A DNA stretch of 64,000 nucleotides. It comes from Phoronis australis (lineage: Eukaryota > Animalia > Phoronida). The DNA is taken from contig NMRA01000355.1 of assembly GCA_002633005.1 (NCBI GenBank), forward strand, positions 270,310 through 334,309, written 5' to 3'. Shown piece after piece: positions 1 through 12,694 of this stretch. Made by a program: the position numbers and the translations under genes. Below the pieces are notes generated by a model. The model did no database searches and was not told the origin of the DNA. It saw only the letters and a list, made by a program, of their open reading frames with translations. Each line of letters opens with the position of its first letter. Positions within the stretch are counted from its first letter, which is position 1.

Positions 1-61
1 CGTGCTCCCGATGCCATCATATTTGTACCGAATCTCCCACGTCCGCCCTAGGTGGGGGGCA

Positions 62-201
62 CAGTGGCGGATTTAAGGCTGGCCAAGGGGCCATAGCCCC
101 CCTAAAATTCTCCCAGATTCCATTTTTGCAGTTTGGGGTGCGAATATCTGACGGGTAAACCCCTTGCTAATACTCGGCCCAAAATCCTGGATCCGCCCCT
201 G
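62..201. mobile_element. MITE, CAG(T/G)GGCGGAT TIRs, imperfect 5-bp TSD (hAT5-like)
   Basis: Termini CAGTGGCGGATTT...GGATCCGCCCCTG; flanks gggca/ggaca; reverse-complement homologue at 29979-30134. Confidence 0.75.
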
Positions 202-265
202 GGACAATCCCGGGGAAGAAGCCATCAAGAGTTGAGTAATCGTTAACCAGCAAGGAGAGTAAGAA

Positions 266-491
266 ACAATAAATAAATCTACTACTGGACTTACGTATGT
301 AGAGATGGCTACGTTGCGTCCTCCTCTCGAGGACTTCATCAGGCCACTGAGTTGTCACGTGACTTGTCATGTGACCCCCCCCCCCTGTCTATTGAGGCTA
401 GGATTCTCGATTCTCTCGTAGATAGCTTCTTTGACCCCTCTCCGAAACCAAATCTCTTCTCTATCCAGGATCTTCACATCTTCCATGGCGA
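266..491 (-). mobile_element. 5'-truncated Penelope-like retroelement (GIY-YIG endonuclease C-terminus + 3' end)
   Basis: Minus-strand translation FAMEDVKILDREEIWFRRGVKEAIYERIENPSLNRQGG matches the PLE endonuclease tail (VKILD.E..WF.RGVKEAI.I....PSLNR.GG); flanked by a 14-bp direct repeat aaggagagtaagaa (252-265, 492-505). Confidence 0.85.
305..347 (-). ncRNA. Minimal type I hammerhead ribozyme of the Penelope element (core variant GCAA)
   Basis: Minus strand UGGC-CUGAUGA-A-GUCCUC-GAGAG-GAGGAC-GCAA-CG-UA-GCCA: stem I, conserved core, 6-bp stem II, palindromic ACGU stem III; canonical GAAA replaced by GCAA. Confidence 0.7.
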
Positions 492-3400
492 AAGGAGAGT
501 AAGAATGGGCCTAGGTACACGGACTGGTAGCGAGAAGCTGTCTCAAGTAGCTATAGTTGAGATCTAACAATGTGAACTAAAGCTAGTTGCTGGTCAGCTC
601 AGCTGTAATTCTCTTGAGACAGGAAGCTCGTACCGGCCGACTGTGCTCGCTCTAAGGTCAAGATTCGTTTTATTGTGATCCAGTTTCGGTCATTCTTTGA
701 AGGATTTTTTTTTGAAAGGTGAGATCCCGAAGTCTCTGGTTTAGTGCCTTTGGGGCTGTTTCCAAATGCTTAGTTGAAACACGACCGGTAGTCCAGATGT
801 ACGCGAATATGGACAGCAATCAATTCAGTTTTGAAGATCAAAAATTCATTTCTCAATACTACTGGAAACTAAAAACACCAAGGAAGTGCAGACAGCCTTT
901 CCAAGCAATGAGTTTAATTTTATTTATTTAAGGATTTTTAAAACGTTTTTTTCTATCTACTGTGTGTGAGTCCGAATTTCATCAATGTCTTTGAGAATTA
1001 TTTTTGATATGTAACAATCGTCTATAAGTGTACTTTACTATTTGAGGATCGGATTATATACTTTTTACAGCTTCAGGCTGCATTTAAAATTCACTGAATT
1101 ATCGCAAATTCTTACAAGATAAGCTTCTAATTGTTAAAAATCATCTATGAATCTATCGACTTTCGTAGATACCTAAACAAGTAAATCAGAAACCAACGAA
1201 TTTGTTTATCAAAACTGAATGTTATACATGTAAGTAAGCAATTTCCGCATGCATGCTTGCAGACTTTTGACGGGTATCCGAGGGAATATGGGAGATGGGG
1301 CATTCGTATTAAGGTGTATTTTTGTTCATTTCAGAGGTACCTATAACGGTTCACGAGGTAAACTTGAACTCCGCTGTCAAAAAACGCTTAAATCTTTGTT
1401 TGTGATTGCGAAAGATCCTTGAGTACCGCCTTTCGACATGTACACGGTCATCACAAAGTAGCACCCTAGACAGCAGTGTTTTCCACATGTGGGAATTCCT
1501 TTCGAACAACTCATAGTAACCATCTTCTTGTGATACTACGGGAAACAGTAACATTATTTTATCACCAACCATCGGAAATCGTCCTTTTGTATAATTCACA
1601 AATAGTGGTCTTCACGTTCTTCAAAATTCCACCCTTTTGATGGCGGCAATCCTACTATATTATGTCATATTTTTGGTAGTTTGGGTCGAATAGCTGTGCT
1701 GTCCGCGAATATTTTGTGTGTCTTTTTTATGAATTTGGAACTCAACTTCCATCGTGATAACTTGGCAAGTCTCAGATTTTCATGTATAGAGGGACAAAGG
1801 GACATTTCCCCCGAACAGCTCCACCGAGAGAGGGTACCATCTGAAATGGGACACCTGAAGGCTAAAAATCATCAAGCTTGGAAAAAAGAGTGACAGTGCA
1901 TTCACCCGTCGTGTGATCCCAAAACGATGCAGGGAGTGACCTCCTTCAACATGAAATCCGGTTGCACGATTTCATCAAAAACAGAAAATAAAGGTAATCG
2001 ATTCCAGCATTGGGCCCTCTCTCCGTGAGCGGCCCCTTAAGAATTTGTCAATGAAAACACAAAAAGGTGGCCACTTATGTCATCAATGGCCTCCATCAAG
2101 AGCGGGGGCCCTAAATATGAAAATATTTATAATTTCAAATATCAGGAAATGCGCGGTATTTGATGTTATCTGTCAGGTCATCAATTTTTCTCAAGTAATA
2201 TACAGTTTCGAGAAAAAAAATAAAGCGAAAGTTGTCTCCGTTATCGCTTGCCAGAGAGGGTCATGTGGAAAAATATAGTTTTGCATTAGCAAAATTGACT
2301 TATTGAATCTAAAAATCCAATAAATTAGTACGCCCGCAAAAGCTTCGCTTTACAAATGTTCTCGATTTTTCGAAGTATATGTATGGTTGATTTCGTGCAC
2401 GTTTTCAAGTGCGTTTAGACGACCTGTGCTGCAAAAGCGGAGACCCTAACGACAATATCCTGGTCAGGGTCCTCAAAAGGTAAACCATGCACTACTGCAG
2501 AGTTGCTAAATGTTCCCTTGAATTTTCTCTCTTATTCGTAATTCGCAGTCTTTCTTTTCTCGACTGTTCCCGGTCCCACGCCTATGTCAATTGCCAAGGT
2601 TTAACCCTGACGCCTGAAATTTTTGGGCGGCTTGTTGTTGCAGTCGTTATACAATAGGTCAGTTGTTTGCTCGTGATATAACAGATTGCTATGAAATGCA
2701 TACATGTCAACCATTTCTTACGTATTTGTTCCGTTGCAGTTTCTGTAGTGCTATGCTTGCCATGACGTTAATATGCTACGTATTTCATGTACTTTTTACG
2801 TTTTTTTTTTTGGTGAAATTGACAATAAATTTATCAAACCTTTGTTTTGACTTTTACTGACAATACCTATTCTTGAAATAATCTCAGATTTGCGTCAATT
2901 AACTAAAAAATCCTTCCTTCATTGTCACTCACTGGCTCAGACACGTAGAGTAAAGAGATTCTAAAGACTTTGCTTTATGTATGTAATACATTTTGTAATT
3001 TGAACAATCAGTATATTTCGCCTCGTATTCGTCAGTCCTATGGTTCGGTGTGCTTTTTACAAAAAATTGCTATGCTTAGAATAAAAAAACGTTGACATGC
3101 ACATTGTGTACCCAATGTGAACAAGCATTATATAGTCGACAGATGGCGACTCTGTCAATTTGGGGTACATGTACGTAACTTAACCTCTGCTGCAGCCTAC
3201 AAGAAGAATGAGACTGGGACTCGCAAGATTGCGTACCTGCACGGTGCGAGACTTTTAATGAAACGTAAACCTTGCAATCTACGTATGGGGTTTGCCCAAG
3301 ATTCCCTTTTAGGAAAATCTTCCTTCATTAAAATATGAGTAAAAGGGTTGAAATCGATTACTTGCGAGTTAACAAATCATCTCTTAGGGATTTTCTGATG

Positions 3401-5608
3401 GTCGGAAATGATCATTCGTGTCTAATCATAAAGAAACACATTTTAAAACACGAATTTCTCTCTTTTTCTTAAGTCCCAGTTTCATCACGTCATGTGGTTT
3501 TAAATGAAAACATCAAATTCAATCACGTCCATTTCATAGTTTCGTCAGATGTCACGCTTATCTGTTGCAAAACGCAAAAGTACGTGTACACAGCCAATTT
3601 CATTAAAATATCCTGTTTTGTTTCAATTTTTTTAGTTTCGTAAGTGCGATTAATATATGGATTTGCCTAAGGGTTTTCTTTACAGAATGTAATGGGTTTG
3701 CAGACTCTGTTGTTATTTTGTGTCTAAGAAAGTCATAAGTACAAGTCACGATCGTATGTCGTGTACTCACACCTGTCGGGATCGCGCAATTTTCGTGTAT
3801 AGTTCTCTACTTTTTTTAGTATGCCTGCACCCGAAATGTCACCATAACGTATAACGTTTACCCGACTAAATAACAATTCTGGCATTTCAGGCCCAATCGC
3901 CGTTTACTGGCACCCTCGGCAACAACTGCATATACCTGAGTATAATGACTGCGACCAGCGAGATTGATGTCTTAACATCGGCGTGTAAAATGCTCCATTT
4001 CTCTGTATTCTAATTGATTTCACATTTACCCCCAGTGATACTCTACGCTTTTGATTTGCACTTTATTTGTAAATGTGCAGAACCGCTGCACAATGAACGA
4101 GCTACGCGACAGGAAGCAGCAACAATCCACAAAATTCAGAGAGCTGTCATCCTATGAGCACGTACGTACCTGGCCTTTTTCGACGCAGAAGTATACCTAT
4201 ACGGAAAAATAGGGGTAGCGTGCTTTGAAAATGTCTCTAACATCTGTTACATCACATTTGGATTTCTTGAGAAACTAAAATTTTCCGTGATGCAAATGCA
4301 TTTCTGGAAATATTCGACTCGTTTCGCACGGATATCCAGCCTCGATTTCATTTCCAAATGCTTATTCTAGATAGGTTACCCCTCCAATGAGCTTCGACTA
4401 TTCGCTCTTTGACTGCACTCAAGGAGATTAGCCCTTGTCTGTCATCGACACCGGCTTTGATCAGCACTATACTGGCATCGTAAGCGCCCTCTTACGACAA
4501 CAGCTGATGAGGTCACCACTTCAATTTCAGTTATCTGGAAGCCTCTATAAGGAATGGGTCATTTATAATAAAATCATAAATCCCAACAGGTTTCGCTGTT
4601 TTATTACCCTGATCAAAGATGATATCTCCACAAAGGCAATACTTCCCCAAAACAGTATGCAAAATGCATTTTTCTTCTTAAAATTGATTGCGTCTCGTAC
4701 ACTTGCTCCCCGCATAATTCACTTGATGCAGTATTGAGAGATGTTCGTTAGTCGCAGCAGAGATACGCCAATTTCAATCAGATCCGTTTTAATACCCTGT
4801 ATTAATAAAACGAACATGATTCGACACACAATTCCATTGCTCTTCGGATATGAACTGACATTTCTGTGTCTCTCTGTTAACTAATTTTTGCATGTCTGTC
4901 TAATGACCTTTTTAAGGGTAGACGAAAACTAATGCGCCCGTATCGCAGAGTGGGTATTTATATCAAAAGTCTAGACTTTTTACTCATGCGATATCGCCCT
5001 TCTCGCTATGTGGTGGCTGGATTTTTTTGCATTTTGTCTGATGCAAAAAGGCAGTTTCCCGCAATCCATTGCATATTAATACCATTCCCTTATCGGTAAA
5101 AATGCCATCTCTACATTGCTATCCCTTGTCCATCACGCAACCTAAAACCCTTACATGTACAACTTACATGTACCTCCTGGACGTACGATAATATTTATGC
5201 CTTTCCTGGAATCATTTGATCAACATGGTCGTAATTTCAGGTCGTAACTTACGATAATTTCTTAAAAGGTCACGACCTCTGACCCGGGACCTCTTACATA
5301 GAAAGTAGTTACAAAGACGAGGCGAGTCGAGAAGGGTAGATCAATTCATAGCAATGTTTCTCGTTCAGTATGTGGTATAAATAGATTATTACATGTTCAC
5401 AGTCGTTATCCCCCTTATCTAGATGTAAATCGCATTTAAGACTGACATAAGTTAGCCAATGAGAATCGTCGATACATTCATTGATTCAGCCCGCAATGCT
5501 TCCAGCCAACTCAGTACCCTGTTAAATTTTTCGATGTTGACGTTTCCACCTATGAATAAATTTTTAAAACACTAGTTCACATCTCGCTTGAAATTTTGAA
5601 AAAAATGG

Positions 5609-5950
5609 CACGGTCCGTTAGACGCGCCATGTTTGCGTTATAAGCGTGGAGAATTCATTGGCAATTCTCATTGGCTGACTTATGTCAGACATAAGTGCGA
5701 TTCTAGTATGTCAGATAGAAATAGAATAATGGTGGATATAAATTATATCTTATTTATGCCTGACATAAATAGGATTAAGGTTGGCAATAATGAATTATGT
5801 ACGATATCGTATGAGAATTATATCAGACATAAATTATTTTATATCAAACATCATTGCCTATGTCCGACATAATTTGGATTCATGTCAGACATGACTCGGA
5901 CTGATGTCAGACATAGTTTGGATTTATGTCTGACCTCAATCGGAACTGTG
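5609..5950. repeat. Degenerate minisatellite of palindromic TATGTCAGACATA cores inside a CAC...GTG-ended element
   Basis: About 12 cores spaced ~22-26 bp (e.g. 5681, 5707, 5755, 5859, 5881, 5903, 5925); imperfect terminal inverted repeat CACGGTCCG / CGGAACTGTG. Confidence 0.6.
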
Positions 5951-8900
5951 TTGTACTACGCCAACCATACGCGCAAGTCTTGTAGATCTTCTCAAATATC
6001 TTCTAAAATGTTTGCCTCTAGCCTGTTGAATAGCTACGACCAGAAATTAATTTTGGGTTGGTTTTTCACTAAAGTGTTGTACCTGCACGACGTTCTTATA
6101 CAGTGTCTGAACACAAAATCACTACCAGTCGTAAGTTTTGGCCTAAAAAGTCCCCGTTTAGACACTAGTGTAAAGCCTGTCGTAAAGTTACGACATTTGA
6201 ATGCAACACTAGGCCTCAGTTGATGAAATGCGGCGAAACTTACGATGTAGACTTAGCGAAGACCAGACACACGACCATTGATAGAAGCGACTCCTGTGGC
6301 CGGTTGCATTAAACAGTCCTAAACACTGACTCAACTGCGTTCCTTGGATTCTCTGCGCTTTTTAAGCTGTCCCTAAATTAGGGACACATCAAAATTTCCA
6401 TATTTATTTTCATTAATTATCAGGCTATGGAGGACCCTAGAACAATGGAAGATGTCTTGACTCTTCGTTGTTATAAAGAAGTGAAAATACAACCAAGTGA
6501 GTTGAAGACCATTTATAATGCCATAGGTAGCTAACAGAAACCGATTTGGTTAGTACTAGCACATTCAATAAGCATTTGCCCTACAGCGAAAATATCTTCT
6601 GTTTGACATGCGTGTCACAGAATCTCTGAACACACGAAATTTCGACGGATCTTCAGCTCTGTTTGAGCTGATTGAATATATTTCACCCTTCATAGCATGT
6701 AGACATAACGACCGACGGAGCTGAATGCAAAATCTACTGGGAGTCAACCGAAACTTACCTTTCCCGTTACGTGTACCTGTAAGTGAAAATCTTGGGTGGA
6801 CGACTGCAAATTATGCTTGTAAACTACGGGTGTAAACACACCTTTCACCGCGGGATTTTACTGGTGTCAATTACGAGCGTGGGCCTACATTTAGGAGCTT
6901 TTAAATGTTACCCTAGGCGTGGCACGCACGTCGTACTACGACTGCCGTTTTACGGTCGTCGTTTTATGAACGTACAATAAGGAACGTAGTTGTACAGGCG
7001 TGTACCGTTATCAGAGCTTACATGACCTGTTACAGAAATTCTCATTAGACATAACGATTATGTTCGTAAAATACGGAAGCGAACAATTTTCTTGTGTCCG
7101 TAATTTACGCCGAGAGTAATTTACGGGCGACAATTTCCATCCAGCCGGCAACTCTAAAAAATAATATCTAATGTGCGTTATTTTCTTGCATAATTTTAGG
7201 CTTTTGTAATAAAGAAATGCCTGTCGTCGGCTTGAAAACAGTATGTTTTTGTTTCGCGCACGCGCCATTTGATATCTTGCGACATCTTGCTCGATATGAT
7301 GATAGCTTCGCCAAACCAGAACTTGCTCATAAGTCCGGTTTGATGGTATCAAAATATTAAAATCTTTTAACGAAGTAAAACTAATCCCAATACTTTGTTG
7401 TGACATATACGCAACTTTTTGTATAAAGAACAGTTGATTGAAGAGTCAGCCCGAAAAAATAATGGTCATTAGTGGCGCTCTATTTCATGGCGCTGAAAGC
7501 CGACGCATGATATCGCTCCACAAATTTAGCAGAGCAACGGTAGAACGGCGATTTTTTAGCATCGGAAACTAATTTAACTTTCCCAATAAAGAGTGCAGGT
7601 TTAAAAGATACATGTCAGATTTTATCTACCAGTTTTTTCCGCACCGGTACAAAACTGTATTTTCATAATTTTGCACTAAGTCCAGGGAGAGGAAATGGAA
7701 GACTGCTACGATAGGAAGTATTCTTGATAAAATTTCTCAAAAATGTTCGCAGCTTGATGTCTTCGATTACATTCATTAACACTTCAAGTGCTGTGAATAT
7801 CAGAATTTCACAAAAGTACGTACCTTGCACAATATTTTATATTCAAACAACATGCAGACGACAATGATCTTTTTCACACCTCCTTTAATGGAAAACTCAT
7901 TTAGTGGGGCTGTAAAAGGTCGCGTACCTTTCACATCAAAGACTTTCAAAGTAGCCCAAAAATAGTTCTTGATTCTGATTTCATATTGAAGTGTCAAATA
8001 TACTCTTTCTGCTTCGTTTTATTTAAAAACTTCATCAAACGGATTTTAAGGCAAGAAAGTTTTGTCGAAACAAATAATGCTAATTCAGCACAACTCTTAA
8101 CATTTTCAAATTTAACTAAATTTAATACAGTATGATTCTTTTTGTTTAATAATTATTATTTTAGAGATGCTCCACCACCTTAAATGGCTGCCGTAGTGAC
8201 TGACAGCTCATGCATTACGGGTAGTCATTCAACAGCGGCCATATGTAATAAAGTGTCCGTCGAACCCTCGCCCACTTTAAAAATTAAGAGTGAAATAAGG
8301 AAATCACAAAAAGGGCTGAAATTTACGAAATGTGTATATTTTGGTAACATCTTTTGACTGACAAAACTCATGCTGTGTTCTAATTGGTGAATGTAAAGGC
8401 AAACATGTGTAAAGTTTGAAAGTCGCCATTGTTCGAGCATTGCTAGGGTGAGTACTGTTTGGAGTTCAAGTAGTTTAAGAGTCTGAGTATAGGCTCTTGG
8501 ACTCGGGTCTGGGTAGTTTATGTTTTGCTGTTACGTAAAAACACGTGCGACGTCAAAATCCGGATTAAATAAAAGCGTTTAAAAAGACAAGCAATTTTAG
8601 TGACATTCTGGTGGACCAGTTGCAAAGTCAAGGCTAATGTGAAATGAGAAAAAACGGGTTCTAACATCAATGAAATACTCCCAAAATCAAGAAAATTTGT
8701 GAAATAGTGTACCCATAGTATCAATTTCGAAATACTGGTTTATAACTCCAAATCATGTAACAATTGTGATATTTGACATGAAATAGAACGCCTATAGTTA
8801 AAATATATTGAACATATGGAGGTATGACCTCTTTCAAAAATCGGCGAAATTTTTAGTACAATGTGCCTCTCAAATCTCTGACAGTACGTCTGCTGCAACC

Positions 8901-9186
8901 GTTGTGATGAGGGAGAATTGATCGACTTAAGCTTCACATCGTTTCCTTGCTCTTCTCAATAGCCACATTTTTCTACAGGCTTTTAGTTTTAGTGAATGGC
9001 GATAATCTAAAGTAAAAATCCCGGCCTCATATACATGTGATGGAACAAGATAACTTAGTCAACATGCCGAAAAGTAGAACTAAACTTGGAGTCTTATGTT
9101 TCTTGATCTCTTGACCTGTCACTTTTCGTTTAATATAAATGCGCATGCCCAATGAGTTGCCCATTGGTGGATACTGGTCATGACCC

Positions 9187-9270
9187 ATGGTGGTGGTGCT
9201 GGTGGTGGTGTGCTGACGATGGTGGAGGCGATGGTGCAGATGGTGGTTGGAAACTTGGTGCTGGCGGTAG
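9187..9270. repeat. (GGT)n-rich low-complexity tract
   Basis: Imperfect ggt/gat trinucleotide repeats. Confidence 0.6.
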
Positions 9271-9679
9271 TTAGGAGTGGTTGTGTTTTTTACCTTAAAA
9301 ATAACATTTAAGATGTGTTATTATTTTTAAGTTCGTGCTATTTCTTGCAACTGTGCGTCACTCAGTTTACAATCCCGTTTTCGTACTCAGCAATACCGGT
9401 AATATAAAGAAATTCAAGTACATGTAGACCATACGATACATCGAGAATATGACAACTCTATACGTTCACTCGATAACTCTTGTGATTAGGTTATGTGACA
9501 CGTTGTAGCACTAAAATGGATGGTTTCCTAATTGTTGTTTTCTGGTTTCGCTTTTCTCAAAATTATCCTATTTGACGAGTTTTAAAGCGGCGCGTATTAC
9601 TCATACATCGACACGAGCATACAGTAAACACACGCGCTCGATGAGCACGCGCACTCACGTACATAAAACGCAATGTCTA

Positions 9680-9750
9680 GTGCATTAATACAATGGAACA
9701 GCTTACCTGTAGAAACGAGCACCGTCATGTCTCTAAACTACCGTCGTTTA
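9680..9750 (+). mobile_element. Possible CR1/L2-type LINE ORF2 3' remnant
   Basis: ALIQWNSLPVETSTVMSLN resembles the WNSLP motif at the C-terminus of CR1/L2 ORF2; short match only. Confidence 0.3.
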
Positions 9751-11199
9751 ACATTCCAAAGAACTAACACGATCGGGATTCGAGGAATTCTTACCAACTC
9801 AACCTGCCATGCGCTCCAACTGTTTTTGCTGGTCTTAGAAAAACAACACGCCACGGTAGGGAAATATATCGAGTCTCTTCGACGAGTAAATCGAGCGCGT
9901 TGATGCAGTTCAAAAGGGTTTAAGGTTTTGGCGCCGAGAATGTTCGCTATAACTGGAAAACAGACTCCGCTTTTTTAGCAGTTAATGTCATTTCGCTGAC
10001 AGCAGCTTGATTTACAGGAGAATCGGAATGGTCTAATTACGAGCGATGTAGTTATTTTGAGTTGCTTAAGCGGCCCTTAATGGCATAACTCGTGTTCACA
10101 CCACGGGATTTTTTAAGCGATTAGTATGCCGCTGATTGAAGAATACATGTTTCAGAGGCAATTACGGTCATTTATTAGCAAAACGCTTTCTGATTTGCAA
10201 GAAAAGAAGAGAGTGACACATGTTGTAATAAAATAGTTAATTTTACACTGAGCTTTTTTCAAAAAAATCAATAATTTTGTGAAGAGAGCTTTGCTGTTGA
10301 ATTGATTTTATCAAAGGGGCATTTAATAACAATTTATACACAAGAGATGTTTCAAATGTTGTATTGAATTTCTTTTTTCCTAAAGCTTTTTTCTATAGCT
10401 TAAAATTAAAAACGTTGGAATACATGTGTAATTTATGAGGTCAGAAATGAGTCCGTTGCTTCTTTGAAAAATAATTCTCCATCGAAACATTTGAAATGAA
10501 TGTAGAGTTTGTGATGTTCTTGAATAGCTTAAGGGTGTTTTTTAAATACACAAAGTAGTTCAAAGTTTGCACCTGACCACAAGTCAAACAAGAGGTGTTA
10601 ATTTGCTACAAATGAAAGTCACTTAAGCATGGCGCAGACGAAGAGCTTCTTCTCCCTCATTAGCTATTTTGCGTGAGTAGCGAATGAGATACGGCCTTCT
10701 ACTTGTGCTGTATGACATGACCAAGCAAAGAAACTACGCTATGTTTAAGATGTTTAGAAACGAAACTTTTTTAACAAAAATCTTACAGCAGTAGTTTCCA
10801 TCGGCAGTGAAATTACCATGAGAGAAGACAGTTCTTCTATTTTTTGGCGGCTTTAACAAAGATTTGCACAAACGTAAACACTATACATGTATATTAGAAT
10901 TTCTCCAGTAAACAAAACGTGCGTGGATCGGACCCATGACGGTTTGTGACAGGCGCTTTGGTCTCGAGAAAAGAATTTAAGTGGAAAGTATGTCAATTTA
11001 TTTCCAACCCTGGTGGTTACATTTACCTTTGATCTCTCAATGATGGTCTAACTCAATTCCGAAAAAAGGAATAAGGAATTACAAAATTATTTCAATTCCT
11101 TGAATAAGTGAATTTCATCCCGTTTGTCGTGAAATCCTCAATAACGTTTAATCATATCTTATCTCTGCTTTCACCACACAAGGGCACTGTCCACAGGGT

Positions 11200-11820
11200 T
11201 GAAAAACACCTTCATGAATTTACTTGAGGTAGTAAAAATGATAGAATCCCGAGAACTCTCGTATTTCTTTGAAGACTGTCTCGGTGGATGTAAAATTACT
11301 CGAATTGAGTCGCACGCTTTCCTTAAGCTGTCTCATTAACCTGGGCCAAAATATTAGTTCTTAGAGTGTTCCCCTAAATCTACAGCAATCCTCAGAATTT
11401 TGTTAGCATTTAACGAGATCTAATCCAACGTCATATTCTCTGGAAAGAAATGTTCAATGTATCTCCTCACACGTTTCCTAGTAAACATGAGAACCACTGT
11501 GGCTCCATTCAATTTTACAAGCAACAGTACTGTTGTCAAAAGTGGCATAAAAATGATATTGTGTTTACTGCGTGAAACGCTTTAACGATAGAATTGATCA
11601 AATCTCGCGAGAGCTCCACCTGTCCTGTGATTCTAATCATCCCCCCATTCCTTAAGAATGGAGCTGGATCCTCCAGAAGTAAGTACACTAGTCTAGCATG
11701 GCCTTTCCTTCTCTTACATGTACGTATACTTGTGATATTTACATGTAGACTTCACAGGATGACGCATGCGCAATTTTATACAACCCATAACCGTTCTTCT
11801 CCATTCACAGAATTTTACAG
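11200..11820 (-). pseudogene. Possible degraded NACHT/STAND-domain coding remnant
   Basis: Broken minus-strand frames give IRITGQVELSRDLINSIVKAFH, FMPLLTTVLLL and VRRYIEHFFPE..IAVDLGE, in the order expected for the NACHT helical region; stops and frameshifts present. Confidence 0.25.
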
Positions 11821-12445
11821 CCTGAGAAAAGCGAAAAATTTTTAAGTTTTTCTGTCAACTGTCCTTCAAATATTTTTACGTCTTTTAGTTTCTCCGAAGA
11901 CACGAAAATAACAAATAAAAATTGAAACAAAATGGGAGACTTTTAAACATTTCTTTACCGAAGAATTTGGACAGAAGATGATAACTTCAGAAATGAATAA
12001 AAAATCAAAGTTTTTCGAATTTGCTCGATACAATATTGTATATGCATATGAACATAGAATTTTCAAAGCAGGCACTTTAATGGCGTTTCTGTGGAAATTT
12101 GGAGTAGCCGTTTCGCAATTGTCTGGCTTTTCCAGTTAAGAATCCCAAACATTTGTTTTCATTTGATCCGTCTGGTAAATGTGTGCAACTTCTCCTTATT
12201 CTGTTAACCAGATAAATATGTTATTGTTGTATTAAACCATGGACTTGAAAATATCTTTTGCAAATTCACAGGATCGCAAATTTCAAATCCAATAATAGCC
12301 TAAGTACCTAAATACGCCTATACACCCCCCCCCCCCCCCATACCTGTTTCAATCTACTAAAAACGAAATTGAGAAATATATTTTTAAAAGAATTGTTAAT
12401 AACAAGTCGTCGATTTTCATGGTTCTTTCACTTGGAGATCAGCAG

Positions 12446-12694
12446 GTGCCCGTTCCAAGAAAACTGACTTAGCTTTGACAAATCTTAAATTTCAGTCAAT
12501 TTTAAGATGAAACCTAAATTTGTCTCAAGATGGTTTCAAGAAAGAGATCTTACGTTTGACTTAAGTTTTTGATCTTAGTTGTGTCTTAATCTTGACCATC
12601 TTACCTGATGTAAAAAGTTTCAGATTTTGGAAGTTGAGAAAAATCTTAGACTTAAGTTAAAAATGAACTTAAGCCAGTTTTTTGGTACTGGCCC
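12446..12694. mobile_element. PIF/Harbinger (Tourist-like) MITE
   Basis: Imperfect ~25-bp TIRs GTGCCCGTTCCAAGAAACTGACTTA / TAAGCCAGTTTTTTGGTACTGGCCC; interior rich in CTTAAG motifs. Confidence 0.65.

Noticed and set aside
73-339. ORF MKSSRGGRNVAISTY followed by GTAAGT, as a possible first exon
   Set aside because: Lies within the Penelope hammerhead/3' end and runs into a MITE; no host-gene evidence.
5679-5940. CRISPR-like repeat-spacer pattern
   Set aside because: Eukaryotic context, degenerate 13-bp repeats, ~10-bp spacers and no cas genes.
7011-7406. 131-aa minus-strand ORF
   Set aside because: No recognisable motif; overlaps the end of a repeat element.
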